Counted from the first letter of the stretch, positions 30,606-40,353 are shown. The stretch is 59,527 nucleotides of DNA from Candidatus Thorarchaeota archaeon (GCA_048883405.1 JBHLQS010000003.1:1-59527), one strand, 5' to 3'. Notes: a model not told the origin generated them from the letters alone. Program-made: numbers and translations.

Positions 30606-31247
30606 ATGGTCAAATGCACTAGTTGTGGAAAGTGGAGCTGCCACTCAGGAGACCTAGACAAGCTCCCAACACAAGGATTCTGTCCAATGATAGAGCGGAA
30701 GGACGCATTGGTAGATGCTCGAAGGCTCTATGAAGACCCAACCAAAAGAAGAATCTCGCAAGAAGCTGCAATAGTGGAGGCCACTGGGTATTGCAAATGG
30801 TCACGCGTTGAGGAAACCATGGAATTTGCAAACCGGATTGGCGTCAATAAACTCGGAATTGCATACTGCATCGGCCTAAAGCGTGAAGCTGCAATCTTAG
30901 CCAGAATCTACGAGAGGAATGGATTTGAAGTAGCATCGGTATGTTGCAAGACTGGTAGTATTCCTAAGGAGGAAATTGGCCTCAAGGACGAGGATAAGAT
31001 TAGACCCGGCACCTATGAGGCCCTCTGCAATCCAATAGGACAGGCAGAGGTGCTGAACGCTGAGGAAACAGGCCTGAATATGATAGTGGGCCTTTGTGTA
31101 GGTCATGACTCCCTATTCATAAAGCACTCCAAAGCGCTTGTTACCTGCCTTGTCGCCAAAGACCGGGTCTTAGCTCATAATCCAGTTGGAGCATTATATA
31201 CTTCTGAGTCATACTACAGAAAGAAAGTGTTTGAGAGGAACACGTAG
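30606..31247 (+). CDS. DUF1847 family metal-binding protein
   Basis: SRVEE, GIAYCIGL, SVCCK, CNPIGQA, GLCVGHDSLF, KDRVLAHNP. Confidence 0.9.
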   Translation: MVKCTSCGKWSCHSGDLDKLPTQGFCPMIERKDALVDARRLYEDPTKRRISQEAAIVEATGYCKWSRVEETMEFANRIGVNKLGIAYCIGLKREAAILARIYERNGFEVASVCCKTGSIPKEEIGLKDEDKIRPGTYEALCNPIGQAEVLNAEETGLNMIVGLCVGHDSLFIKHSKALVTCLVAKDRVLAHNPVGALYTSESYYRKKVFERNT

Positions 31248-31311
31248 ATTTCCGCAGGATGCAGCCTCCTGAGTATATAGCTCTCTTAATCACATGCTAT
31301 TAGGTGTCAGT

Positions 31312-31779
31312 TTATTCCTCCCAGAGTCCTTCCTGCTTTTTCTTAGGAAACACAAACAATACAATGACTCCCAGCAGCAATAGGACTGGAATTGGAATCA
31401 CGTACGAATAGAGCGGAAATGTCCATCCTCCAAGACTCAGGAAATGTGGCAATGAAACAAGGAGTGGAATCAGCTCTGAGAGAATCCCCAGTGAAATTAC
31501 CTGCAGGCGAGTACGAGTCTTGCCTTCTTCATAGTAGTAGATTAACTGTGAGAGGAAGACGAGTCTGAAGAACCAAAATGGAGCGGTAGCCAGAACCAGA
31601 CTAGGATTTACAAAGCGGAATCCTGTGAAATAGAAGGACTCAACATACTCCCAGAAGAGCCCTGCGATGATTAGATCTGGCGACCCGAGCCCTACGGCTA
31701 CAGCATAGCCATACGGCAAGAGGATTGTTGCAGCGGCGAATAATATGCAGATTATTAGATTACGACGTGTGAATATCAA
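31312..31779 (-). CDS. Integral membrane protein of unknown function
   Basis: About four hydrophobic helices. Confidence 0.7.
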   Translation of the reverse strand: MIFTRRNLIICILFAAATILLPYGYAVAVGLGSPDLIIAGLFWEYVESFYFTGFRFVNPSLVLATAPFWFFRLVFLSQLIYYYEEGKTRTRLQVISLGILSELIPLLVSLPHFLSLGGWTFPLYSYVIPIPVLLLLGVIVLFVFPKKKQEGLWEE

Positions 31780-31859
31780 TAAATCAACCCGCTCTTATCA
31801 CTAAGATGTCTCGTCCATGAAATGCTGATAAGAATTGCAATCTCAGCACTTCTGATTTT

Positions 31860-32693
31860 CTACTGTCTGTGACCACGCATCCAGTAATCCTTGCCTGCAA
31901 TTGCTTTCTCTTCATCCATTTCCGCAAGAATTCGTACAGCCTCATTGCCACATGCAATTACGTCCTCCTCTCCTGCGACTGCAAACTTATCCTTGACGCG
32001 ATTGGCATAGACTGCGCACACCGCTCCTGACCTAAAGCCAAAGATGTTTGCCAGAGTGAAGATAGTAGCGGCCTCCATCTCGAAATTCACAACATTTGCC
32101 TTCTGGAGGTCATTAATCAGAGTTTCACTAAAGCTCTGCGTATATCCATTGAATCCTGGTCTAGATTGACCAAGATAGAACGAGTCTGTTGAGGCTGATA
32201 TTCCCAAGTGATAATTGAATCCCAGAGTATCTGCCGCTTCCACGAGAGCCATGACGACTTCATATGATGCACCTGCCGGATATTCTGGTCTCACATATTG
32301 CTTGCTGGTGCCCTCTAGTCTAACGGCACCAGTGGAAATAATCAAATCGCCTATCTCTATGTCTTCTTTGAGCGTCGCACACGATCCAATACGTAGGAAG
32401 TTCTTGACACCGACGTTGGCAAGTTCTTCAACTGCGATTGCTGTACCTGGGCCGCCAATACCAGTTGAACAGGCAGAGATTGGTGTACCCTTGAACAACC
32501 CTGTGTGTGTCACATATTGCCTGTGTGCAGCAACTTCTTGAAATGAGTCCCAATTTGAGCTGATCTTTGTCACACGCTGGGGATCTCCAGGAAGCAGAAC
32601 TGTTTCTGCAACCTCTCCGGGTTTTACTTCAATGTGGTATTGCTGTCGCTCAGTGGTTTCAGGTCTACGTGCAGAAACAGTATCTTTTGGCAT
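31860..32693 (-). CDS. udp: Uridine/nucleoside phosphorylase
   Basis: QYHI, LLPGDPQRV, STGIGGP..EEL, RIGSC, NFEMEAA, YANR. Confidence 0.88.
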   Translation of the reverse strand: MPKDTVSARRPETTERQQYHIEVKPGEVAETVLLPGDPQRVTKISSNWDSFQEVAAHRQYVTHTGLFKGTPISACSTGIGGPGTAIAVEELANVGVKNFLRIGSCATLKEDIEIGDLIISTGAVRLEGTSKQYVRPEYPAGASYEVVMALVEAADTLGFNYHLGISASTDSFYLGQSRPGFNGYTQSFSETLINDLQKANVVNFEMEAATIFTLANIFGFRSGAVCAVYANRVKDKFAVAGEEDVIACGNEAVRILAEMDEEKAIAGKDYWMRGHRQ

Positions 32694-32900
32694 CGCTATC
32701 CCTTCTGATTCATCATTACTAGGCTATTTGAGTTTCGGGGTGGGATTTGCACTACCAACAAACTATTATACGTTCATAGAATATTTACGCCATGTTCGGG
32801 ACAGGTCTCCGAAAAATCTATTACAAATGCAGAAGGCGCCCAGTCCTGCCAGAGGGTTGTCCATGCCCTCATGAGAATCTGAAAACGGAGCGAGAAGAGA

Positions 32901-34049
32901 TTGGTTGAAACCACCATTAGTGTAATTAAAGCCGATATCGGTTCTTTGGCTGGTCATGTTGTTGTCCCCGACTTCTTGTTTGAGCTCGCACGAAAGGAGC
33001 TGAAGAAGGGTGTTGAGCAGAAAATCATCAACGACTTCCACGTGACAAATGCCGGAGATGACCTTGAGTTGATCATGACACACTTCAAGGGAGAGAATAA
33101 CGAAGAGGTACACCGTCTGGCCTTTGAGACCTTTGTAAAAGGTACCGAACTGGCTCGTGAGAAGAAGATCTATGCGGCGGGTCAAGACATCCTCAAAGAC
33201 ACTTTCAGCGGTAATGTCAAGGGCATGGGTCCTGGCTCCGCTGAGATGACAATAGAGGAACGAAAGTCTGAGCCATTCGCAATATTCATGGCTGACAAGA
33301 CTGAGCCTGGTGCGTTCAATCTGCCTCTGTTTAAGATATTCGCTGATCCGTTCAACACTGCTGGACTAATCATCGACCCGAACCTTCACGACGGGTTCAC
33401 CTTCGTTGTGCAGGATATCATGAAGGAAGTCCCGTGTTTTGTTGATATGAAATGTCCTGAAGAGATGTACGACTTGCTGGCACTTCTGGGCAGCACTGGG
33501 ACATTCACCATAAAGAAAGTCTATCGAGCGGATGGCATGGTCTGTGCCTCAGTTTCTACAGACAAGCTTCACGCTGTTGCAGGGAAGTACGTTGGAAAGG
33601 ATGATCCTGTTGCCATTATCAGAGCACATTCAGGTCTGCCTGCCATGGGAGAGGTGCTAGAGGCATTCACAATTCCACATCTAGTTGCTGGATGGATGCG
33701 TGGTTCACACGCTGGACCTCTTCTCCCAGTTGCGCTAAAGGATTCGCGATGTACAAGGTTCGATGGTCCGCCTCGTGTAGTCGGACTTGGCTTCCAGATC
33801 TCAAATGGGATGCTCATCGGTCCAGTCGATTTCTTCGAGGATGTTGCGTTTGACATCACTCGCCAGCGTGGAATGGAGATTGCAGACTATCTTCGTCGGC
33901 ATGGTCCATTTGAATTCCACAGACTGTCATCAGATCGGATGGAGTACAGCACTCTGCCAAAAGTGCTTGACAAGTGCGCCACTCGTTTTACAGAAGAAGA
34001 GATAATCCCAACTGGCAAATCCAAGGACACTTCTGGCTCTGCAGAGTAG
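32901..34049 (+). CDS. fbp: Fructose-1,6-bisphosphate aldolase/phosphatase (class V)
   Basis: IKADIGSLAGH, GNVKGMGP, ADKTEPGAFN, YVGKDDP, GWMRGSH, RFDGPP. Confidence 0.97.
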   Translation: MVETTISVIKADIGSLAGHVVVPDFLFELARKELKKGVEQKIINDFHVTNAGDDLELIMTHFKGENNEEVHRLAFETFVKGTELAREKKIYAAGQDILKDTFSGNVKGMGPGSAEMTIEERKSEPFAIFMADKTEPGAFNLPLFKIFADPFNTAGLIIDPNLHDGFTFVVQDIMKEVPCFVDMKCPEEMYDLLALLGSTGTFTIKKVYRADGMVCASVSTDKLHAVAGKYVGKDDPVAIIRAHSGLPAMGEVLEAFTIPHLVAGWMRGSHAGPLLPVALKDSRCTRFDGPPRVVGLGFQISNGMLIGPVDFFEDVAFDITRQRGMEIADYLRRHGPFEFHRLSSDRMEYSTLPKVLDKCATRFTEEEIIPTGKSKDTSGSAE

Positions 34050-34051
34050 AT

Positions 34052-34080
34052 GCGGGACTTCAATCCCGCGTTCTCTCTGT
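34052..34080 (+). terminator. Hairpin plus pyrimidine tract between convergent fbp and parvulin genes
   Basis: GCGGGA-cttcaa-TCCCGC then gttctctctgt. Confidence 0.4.
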
Positions 34081-34090
34081 TTCCCGATAA

Positions 34091-34408
34091 CTAGCCAGTT
34101 CTCTTTATGATATGGTAACCAAACTCGGTCTTGACTGGCTCTGTGGTCATAGCCCCCACATTGAGCGCAAAGGCTGCCCTTTCAAACTCCTTCACCATCT
34201 CGCCTCTTCCAAAACAACCAAGATCGCCCCCGCGCTTCTTTGAAGAACAATCACTGTACTCTCTGCAGAGAGCAGCAAAGTCTTCTCCCTCTCTGATTCT
34301 GCTGATTATCTCCAGAGCTTGGCTATGCTTCTTGACCAAAATGTGACTGGCACATACCTTGCCTCCCCCGCCGCCTTTTTTCTTCTTGGCTTTGCTCTTT
34401 TTGCCCAT
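34091..34408 (-). CDS. Parvulin-type peptidyl-prolyl isomerase with basic N-terminal extension
   Basis: [37 protein letters not shown]; true start ATG 34408 (longer ORF overlaps the next gene). Confidence 0.93.
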   Translation of the reverse strand: MGKKSKAKKKKGGGGGKVCASHILVKKHSQALEIISRIREGEDFAALCREYSDCSSKKRGGDLGCFGRGEMVKEFERAAFALNVGAMTTEPVKTEFGYHIIKRTG

Positions 34409-34526
34409 TGTGTGACACCATGTCAAGTCAAGCAGAACACCGCAATAAGCACTGCGATACTGGAGTGCTATAGCATAGAGTTTTAGACCAATCCTCGCCT
34501 TATGCAATCCAGATTTGAGGAGAGAT

Positions 34527-35573
34527 ATGATGAAGGCCACAGTATTCAATGAACATGGGTCCCCAGATGTGCTCCAGTATACAACGGACTTCCCAATGCC
34601 TACTGTTGGTCCTGGCCAGGTGATGATTGAGGTCAAGGCTGTTGCTCTGAATCACCTTGACCTATTCACTCGCGCAGGGATTCCCGGTCTGAGTCTACAA
34701 ATGCCACACATTTTGGGAAGTGACATTTCTGGAGTCATAGCGGAGAAGGGGTCTGATGTTTCAGATGAGTTCAAGATTGGTGCACGAGTGGTTATCGACC
34801 CTGGTGTCTCCTGCGGAGTCTGTGAGTCCTGTGCATTGGGCGAAGAATCACTGTGTCCAACATACGGAATCCTTGGTGAACACCACCCAGGGGGCTATAG
34901 AGAGTTCATGGCAATTGATGCTCACAAAGTCATTCCCATTCCTACAGGCACTAAACTCAGCTTTGAGGAGGCTGCTGCAGTTCCTCTCACTTTCATGACT
35001 GCATGGAGGATGCTCAAGACCAGGGCTCGCTTGAAAGCGGATGAGGATGTATTGATTATTGGGATCGGTGGCGGCGTAGCTGTGGCTGCTTTACAGATTG
35101 CCAAGGCAACAGGCGCCCGTGTTTTTGTGACCAGCTCTTCCAATGATAAACTGGAGAAAGCACGTCAACTAGGTGCTGACTTTCTGATCAGCCACGCAGA
35201 AACGCCTGACTATCACAGAGAAATATGGAGGCTCACAGAGAAGCGAGGTGTTGATGTCGTTGTCGACTCAGTTGGCGAAGCAACCTGGGCACGGAGCCTA
35301 CGCAGCCTCCGCAAAGGTGGACGACTAGTGACTTGCGGAGCTACTTCTGGCCCTAACGCAGTGACAAATATCAATCTGGTGTTTTGGAGGCAACTAGAGA
35401 TACTGGGGTCCACTATGGCCAGCCGATCAGAACTGGAAGCTGTTCTTCAACTAGTGTGGGATGGACAGCTCAAACCTGTTGTGGACCGGATTCTCCCTCT
35501 TTCTTCAGCAAAGGAGGCCCATGAGATTCTAGAACGTGGAGATCAATTCGGAAAGATTGTTCTCACTCCGTAG
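34527..35573 (+). CDS. Zn-binding dehydrogenase / quinone-oxidoreductase-like MDR
   Basis: [40 protein letters not shown]. Confidence 0.9.
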   Translation: MMKATVFNEHGSPDVLQYTTDFPMPTVGPGQVMIEVKAVALNHLDLFTRAGIPGLSLQMPHILGSDISGVIAEKGSDVSDEFKIGARVVIDPGVSCGVCESCALGEESLCPTYGILGEHHPGGYREFMAIDAHKVIPIPTGTKLSFEEAAAVPLTFMTAWRMLKTRARLKADEDVLIIGIGGGVAVAALQIAKATGARVFVTSSSNDKLEKARQLGADFLISHAETPDYHREIWRLTEKRGVDVVVDSVGEATWARSLRSLRKGGRLVTCGATSGPNAVTNINLVFWRQLEILGSTMASRSELEAVLQLVWDGQLKPVVDRILPLSSAKEAHEILERGDQFGKIVLTP

Positions 35574-35614
35574 GACGATTCTTCCAGTTTCAATAGAGAG
35601 CGAGTAATACCGTG

Positions 35615-35651
35615 GTGTCAATCTGGAAATGACACGCTTTCATTAACGTGT
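35615..35651. promoter_or_regulatory. Overlapping inverted repeats upstream of the RHH gene (putative operator)
   Basis: GTGTCA-N9-TGACAC and ACACG-N10-CGTGT around an AT-rich TATA-like element. Confidence 0.4.
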
Positions 35652-35676
35652 TTGCCCCTCAATTGATTGGTCAAGA

Positions 35677-35907
35677 ATGAAAGTAGTAACGATTTGCCTC
35701 CCTGAGTCCTATGTTGATGGTCTGGACAAGCTCATTGGGCAGAGCAAATACCCTAACCGCTCTGAAGTAATCAGAATTGCCATTCGAGACCTTCTGGTGG
35801 ATGAGTTATGGGGCAATCGCACTCCATCCAAATCCGTTCCACTCATTGCTCAGCTACAGGAATTTACCCCTACACCAAAAACATCACCTATTGAGCCATC
35901 AGCCTAA
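35677..35907 (+). CDS. Ribbon-helix-helix regulator, CdrS/CopG-like
   Basis: VVTICLP..LDKLI...YPNRSEVIRIAIRDLL. Confidence 0.88.
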   Translation: MKVVTICLPESYVDGLDKLIGQSKYPNRSEVIRIAIRDLLVDELWGNRTPSKSVPLIAQLQEFTPTPKTSPIEPSA

Positions 35908-36031
35908 TTGTACAGTCAAATTACCTTTTTCTGCAATTACAGTTATTCGATGTTTGTCGACTTATTTGGACCATATGTTGAATGCTTCGTGAATCTAAGA
36001 TGTCGACCTTTGAAAGGAGACCGTGTGCAAG

Positions 36032-36616
36032 ATGGATAGAATCAAGAAACTACTTGGTCGTGATGAAGAGAAAGAGGAAGCAAAAACTGAGGACACCCCT
36101 GCCGCTGAAGAAACTGCTCCAGAAGCAGAACCTGTGGAGGTTACAGAGGAAGCAGCTGAGTCTGAGCCCGAGATTGAAGTTGAGCCGGATGAACCTTTTC
36201 CAGTAGACGGAGCCGCTACAATTCCCTATCATTCTGAGATCGTAGACCGTCTGAAGTATATGTTTCAAGATGCTACCATCGCCGCAAATATCGAGGGTCC
36301 TGATGAGTTTACAATTGAATTCATGGCTATGGGTGAACGATTCAATTTCATCAAGGAGGCTCGAGGTGAGGTCAAATTCGGAACAGGGACTGCTCCTGAT
36401 GAAGATGTCTTCATACGCATCTCGAATGATGCAGTAACGGATCTATTGAGTGCGCCTAATTTCGAAGAGTTTAGGCAAATCTACATGAAATATTACAGAA
36501 ATCCTGAGGCTGGCAAATTCGTAAAAATCGAACTTCGCAAGGACCTTGTATGGATGAATCGTCAGGGATATGCTAGAGTTCCGCTCCTGAAGCTGCTGGT
36601 AGGACAAGTCCGCTAG
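36032..36616 (+). CDS. Hypothetical protein: acidic disordered N-terminus plus possible SCP2-like domain
   Basis: E/P/A-rich linker then alpha/beta domain (VKFGTGTAPDEDVFIRIS). Confidence 0.7.
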   Translation: MDRIKKLLGRDEEKEEAKTEDTPAAEETAPEAEPVEVTEEAAESEPEIEVEPDEPFPVDGAATIPYHSEIVDRLKYMFQDATIAANIEGPDEFTIEFMAMGERFNFIKEARGEVKFGTGTAPDEDVFIRISNDAVTDLLSAPNFEEFRQIYMKYYRNPEAGKFVKIELRKDLVWMNRQGYARVPLLKLLVGQVR

Positions 36617-36709
36617 ATACTGCAATGAGCAAAACAACTTATTAACCGAAACACCACGAAATCTCTGCCTGCATCGCTATTGAAGCGGAGACCGGCAGGA
36701 TAGTACAAA

Positions 36710-37393
36710 ATGCCAGCGATAGAGCTACCAGTTATTGCGATAAATTTCAAGACCTACCCACAAGCCACCGGAGAAAAAGCAGTATTACTTGCGCAGATTT
36801 GTGAGAAGGTATCAAAGGAGTATGGAGTTTCCGTTGTCGTTTGCCCCCAGATTCCCGACCTATATAGAGTCAGCCTGACAGTTGATATTCCAGTGTTTTC
36901 ACAGCATATGGATCCAGGAGACCCTGGTCGGTTCACAGGGCATGCTATTGGAGAAACCCTAGTTGATGCCGGATGCGCCGGGACTTTGCTTAATCATTCT
37001 GAGAAAAGAATGCAGCTTGCGGACATTGAGGATGCCGCTAGGCGCGCCGAGCGTCTCAATCTCTACACCATTGTCTGCACTAACAATCCATTGGTTAGCG
37101 TTGCAGCAGCTTCACTAAACCCGAATGCCATTGCTGTGGAGCCTCCAGAGCTAATTGGATCCGGAATATCAGTATCCCAGGCTCAGCCCGGAGTCATTTC
37201 GGGTACTGTTGAACGAATTCGTGCGGTAAACAAGGAAGTCACTATTCTCTGTGGAGCTGGAATTGGCACCGGCGACGATGTAAAGGCTGCAATCAAGCTT
37301 GGTTCTCAAGGCGTTCTTCTTGCCTCAGCTGTTGCCAAATCAGACAAGCCTGAAGATGTGCTGAAGGATCTGATTGGACCGATTAGAGATTAG
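36710..37393 (+). CDS. tpiA: Triosephosphate isomerase, archaeal type
   Basis: INFKTY, LNHSE, AVEPPELIGSG, CGAGI, GVLLAS. Confidence 0.97.
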   Translation: MPAIELPVIAINFKTYPQATGEKAVLLAQICEKVSKEYGVSVVVCPQIPDLYRVSLTVDIPVFSQHMDPGDPGRFTGHAIGETLVDAGCAGTLLNHSEKRMQLADIEDAARRAERLNLYTIVCTNNPLVSVAAASLNPNAIAVEPPELIGSGISVSQAQPGVISGTVERIRAVNKEVTILCGAGIGTGDDVKAAIKLGSQGVLLASAVAKSDKPEDVLKDLIGPIRD

Positions 37394-37447
37394 TCCATTC
37401 CGGTTCATTTTTCACGGGATTCCTACCCGAGGACTTGGCGATTGTAG

Positions 37448-38329
37448 GTGAAGGTGTCAATCGAATGCGCACACTGTCTGCTCAATAGAGCAATAAATCA
37501 AGTCATGTTGGCGACAGATGACACGGAGACACAGATGAATGTGACTGCAGCAATGCTTGATTTTCTGAGCAAGAGCTTCAATATGGATGCAGTGCCCAGC
37601 CACATCGGCACAGACCGTGACCTCTTGGTACAAAAGATGACAGGAAAAGACCCATACGAGGAGCTCAAACGCATTTCAAATGCCATTGCACTTGACATCC
37701 TTCCAGAGCTGCAGCAGCTATTGGATGAATCTCCTGATTCCGGAAGTCGGTTCAGAAGAGCTACACTCATAGCGGCGGCAGCTAATGCAATCGAGTTTGA
37801 TGTTTCAGGTCGGGAATTTGACTTGGAAGAGCTTCGCGGAATCATCGAAAACGTGGAATCGGATCTTGCGATTGATGAGGTCGATGAGTTCATGAAACTA
37901 TGCCGGGACAAAAAGGAAGTCCTCTACCTGCTGGATAATGCAGGAGAAATTGTTTTGGATATGATTCTGATTTCTGAACTCAGGAAGCTTGGACTGAAGG
38001 TGGTTGCAGTAGTAAAAGGAGGCCCTGTTCTGAACGATGCTACAATGACTGATGCCAACGAAGTCGGTCTAGACAGTTGTGCAGACGAGGTCATCCATAC
38101 AGGTGCAGCTGCAATCGGAGTGAATATTGAGCGGAACTCGAAAGAGTTCCTAGATGTCTTCAACAAGGCTGAACTGATAGTCGCTAAGGGAATGGGCAAT
38201 TTCGAGTCATTGACTGAATTGGAGCCTCAATGTCCAATTGTGCATATTCTTAGAACAAAGTGTCCACCCGTGGCCCAACACATAGGTATTGGTCTGAATC
38301 AGAATGTCATTCTTGTGAGAAGGCCCTGA
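37448..38329 (+). CDS. DUF89/ARMT1-like damage-control phosphatase
   Basis: ECAHC, DPYEELK, DNAGEIVLD, PVLNDAT, AKGMGNFESL, KC. Confidence 0.92.
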   Translation: MKVSIECAHCLLNRAINQVMLATDDTETQMNVTAAMLDFLSKSFNMDAVPSHIGTDRDLLVQKMTGKDPYEELKRISNAIALDILPELQQLLDESPDSGSRFRRATLIAAAANAIEFDVSGREFDLEELRGIIENVESDLAIDEVDEFMKLCRDKKEVLYLLDNAGEIVLDMILISELRKLGLKVVAVVKGGPVLNDATMTDANEVGLDSCADEVIHTGAAAIGVNIERNSKEFLDVFNKAELIVAKGMGNFESLTELEPQCPIVHILRTKCPPVAQHIGIGLNQNVILVRRP

Positions 38330-38346
38330 AGAGTTCAGTCTTACAA

Positions 38347-39162
38347 TTAGCTCTTCGTAAGTATCTTTGTCACTGGATCTGACTTTGTATACTCAATCTT
38401 AAGGTCAGAGAACTGCAGACTAAGCTGGTGTTTCAATCGATTCATCCCTGGCTCCTCTGTGACAAATGCCCCTGCTTCATAGACCTGCATTCCTTCCTCA
38501 GCTGCCAAAAGCCTCACTTCGGGTGACAGCTCTCCAGTGACTACTGTTGTGGTATCCTGTTTCTTTGCGGCTAGAATCTCGGGTACATCCAAGAGACTGC
38601 CAGGGAATACTAGCGTCTGACCCACTTCTTCATCCAAGTCGCCCGTAAACTTCACAGTTTCAATCCCGAGTTTCTCAGCCAGATAATTAGCGAACCGCGA
38701 ATGATTCATAGCATTCTTAGGCTGACAGACTCTGCCTGCGGGAACAAGGTCCTCACTATCTCCCATGATCAAGAACTCATGCTTCCTGTTCAGTTCCAAG
38801 GCTTCAACTAGGGCATCGGCTATTCCGTCACGTGCGCAGATCCATGCACCACCAATCATATAGCTCGAGATGTAGTTCTTCGTCAAAAGCCTGACTCTGA
38901 TTAAATCAAGGCCTGAGAGCCTATCAATTGCAAAAGGAAACAACGGACGGTGCGTCACAAGCAAGTTTGCCTTGTCTTGCGTAGCCTTAGCCACTACTCT
39001 TCCGGAGGGATATGTAGCAATAATGATTCGATTGACAGTCGTTTTCTCCTGCTCTTTCTCGGTCTGAGGCCCTATCTCGACTCTAGAATGAAGACCTCGA
39101 AAAGCAAGGGGTGGGGGGGCAATCATCTCAAGATGCTTTATGATTGTCAATAGAGTAGTCAC
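38347..39162 (-). CDS. Nif3/DUF34-like protein with degenerate metal site
   Basis: LLVTHRPLF, PAGRV, FPGS, VTGE, TEEPGM..L architecture. Confidence 0.75.
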   Translation of the reverse strand: MTTLLTIIKHLEMIAPPPLAFRGLHSRVEIGPQTEKEQEKTTVNRIIIATYPSGRVVAKATQDKANLLVTHRPLFPFAIDRLSGLDLIRVRLLTKNYISSYMIGGAWICARDGIADALVEALELNRKHEFLIMGDSEDLVPAGRVCQPKNAMNHSRFANYLAEKLGIETVKFTGDLDEEVGQTLVFPGSLLDVPEILAAKKQDTTTVVTGELSPEVRLLAAEEGMQVYEAGAFVTEEPGMNRLKHQLSLQFSDLKIEYTKSDPVTKILTKS

Positions 39163-39240
39163 TCAAATCACCTGAATGCGTGCTAATTCAAGGAAACCCT
39201 TGTCTTATTCTTTGTCATGAATTGAAGGGAGGTGCAGACT

Positions 39241-39696
39241 CTACTCATCCAGTTCCTCGAGTTCATCATCATCCAGAATATCGTCATCATACGAGTAGAG
39301 GTCCTCAAGTTCTTTATCAATCACCTCGAGTTCTGGCTCCTCTTCTTTCTCTTCGAGGGCTTCCAATTCTGGCTCCTCCTTGAGAACCGCTAGTACTGGT
39401 TCATCCTCGATCTCTTCGAGTTCTGATTCATCCTCGATGACTTCTAATTCAGGTTCCTCTTCGATGACTTCCAGTTCAGGCTCCTTCCTCCTTCTTGGCG
39501 CTTTCTTCTTGGGCTTTGGCTTGGCCTTCTCCTTCTTCTCAATAACTACATGTGCTGAGGGCTTTTTCTTGAATGCCCAGAATTCTGATCGCGCCTTGCG
39601 ATGTTTGCGCATTTTTCTGAAGTCGATCTGCTGCGGATTCTGGCTCTTTCTTATTCTTATCAGATCCCGTTTCGCAGCCTTTTCCTTGTTGACCAT
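39241..39696 (-). CDS. Basic N-terminal domain plus acidic 9-aa repeat tail (possible eL39-like)
   Basis: K/R-rich first ~70 aa, then EPELEVIE-type repeats; GGTGA upstream of ATG. Confidence 0.7.
   Translation of the reverse strand: MVNKEKAAKRDLIRIRKSQNPQQIDFRKMRKHRKARSEFWAFKKKPSAHVVIEKKEKAKPKPKKKAPRRRKEPELEVIEEEPELEVIEDESELEEIEDEPVLAVLKEEPELEALEEKEEEPELEVIDKELEDLYSYDDDILDDDELEELDE
39313..39483 (-). repeat. Six imperfect ~27-bp coding tandem repeats
   Basis: EPELEVIEE/EPELEVIED/ESELEEIED/EPVLAVLKE/EPELEALEEKEE/EPELEVIDK. Confidence 0.85.
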
Positions 39697-39831
39697 CAGA
39701 TTCTCACCGTTGCTTCTTCAGCGTGCCCGCTGCGGCAGTTGTTATAACTGTGTCGGAGGAGCACATCATACAGAGGAAGGCTTTTTGTCCCGGTATTGAA
39801 TGTTGTCTACTCGGAAGAGGTGGACATTGAG

Positions 39832-40353
39832 ATGAATCCCGCTCGCAAAAAGAAAACTCTCAGCATTCGTGTAACGCTTGACGAAGAGACCCTGAAAAGA
39901 ATAGACGCCATGGCTGGAGAGCGAGGGCGACAGAGGTTCATCAAGGATGCTATTCTGTGGAGACTTGACCAGGAGATTCCTCCAGTTGTCTTCCAGCTGA
40001 TGAAAGATGTGGAACAGCTTCAGGATAGGGTTGAACATCTGGAAGGTCTTCGTTCTACTAGTGTCTATATCGGAGGAATGAATGAAACTGTCAGGACTCA
40101 GATATGTCGAGATGATTTGGATCGAAATATAATCGCCTACTTCCTTCAACATGAGGGTGCATCTACACCTGAGCTTGCAAAGAAATTCCTCAAAGACGCA
40201 GAAAAACGCAAAACAATCCATGTGCGAATCCGGAAATTGAATGATCGATCCAAAGAAGTGTTTGGATCTCGGATTCTCAGATATGAAAAGGGGGAGGTAA
40301 AGGGGAAGCGTGATGCATGGTGGCTTGTTGAGCCTGATCTTGTTCGAAACTGA
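39832..40353 (+). CDS. Putative regulator: RHH + coiled coil + winged helix
   Basis: SIRVTLDEETLKRID..RQRFIKDAI; heptad VEQLQDRVEHLE; DRNIIAYF..STPELA..WWL. Confidence 0.7.
   Translation: MNPARKKKTLSIRVTLDEETLKRIDAMAGERGRQRFIKDAILWRLDQEIPPVVFQLMKDVEQLQDRVEHLEGLRSTSVYIGGMNETVRTQICRDDLDRNIIAYFLQHEGASTPELAKKFLKDAEKRKTIHVRIRKLNDRSKEVFGSRILRYEKGEVKGKRDAWWLVEPDLVRN

Noticed and set aside
34376-34408. Parvulin N-terminus resembling haloarchaeal L39e
   Set aside because: Short low-complexity Lys run; the rest of L39e is absent
39313-39483. CRISPR-like array
   Set aside because: Contiguous in-frame coding repeats without spacers; no cas genes
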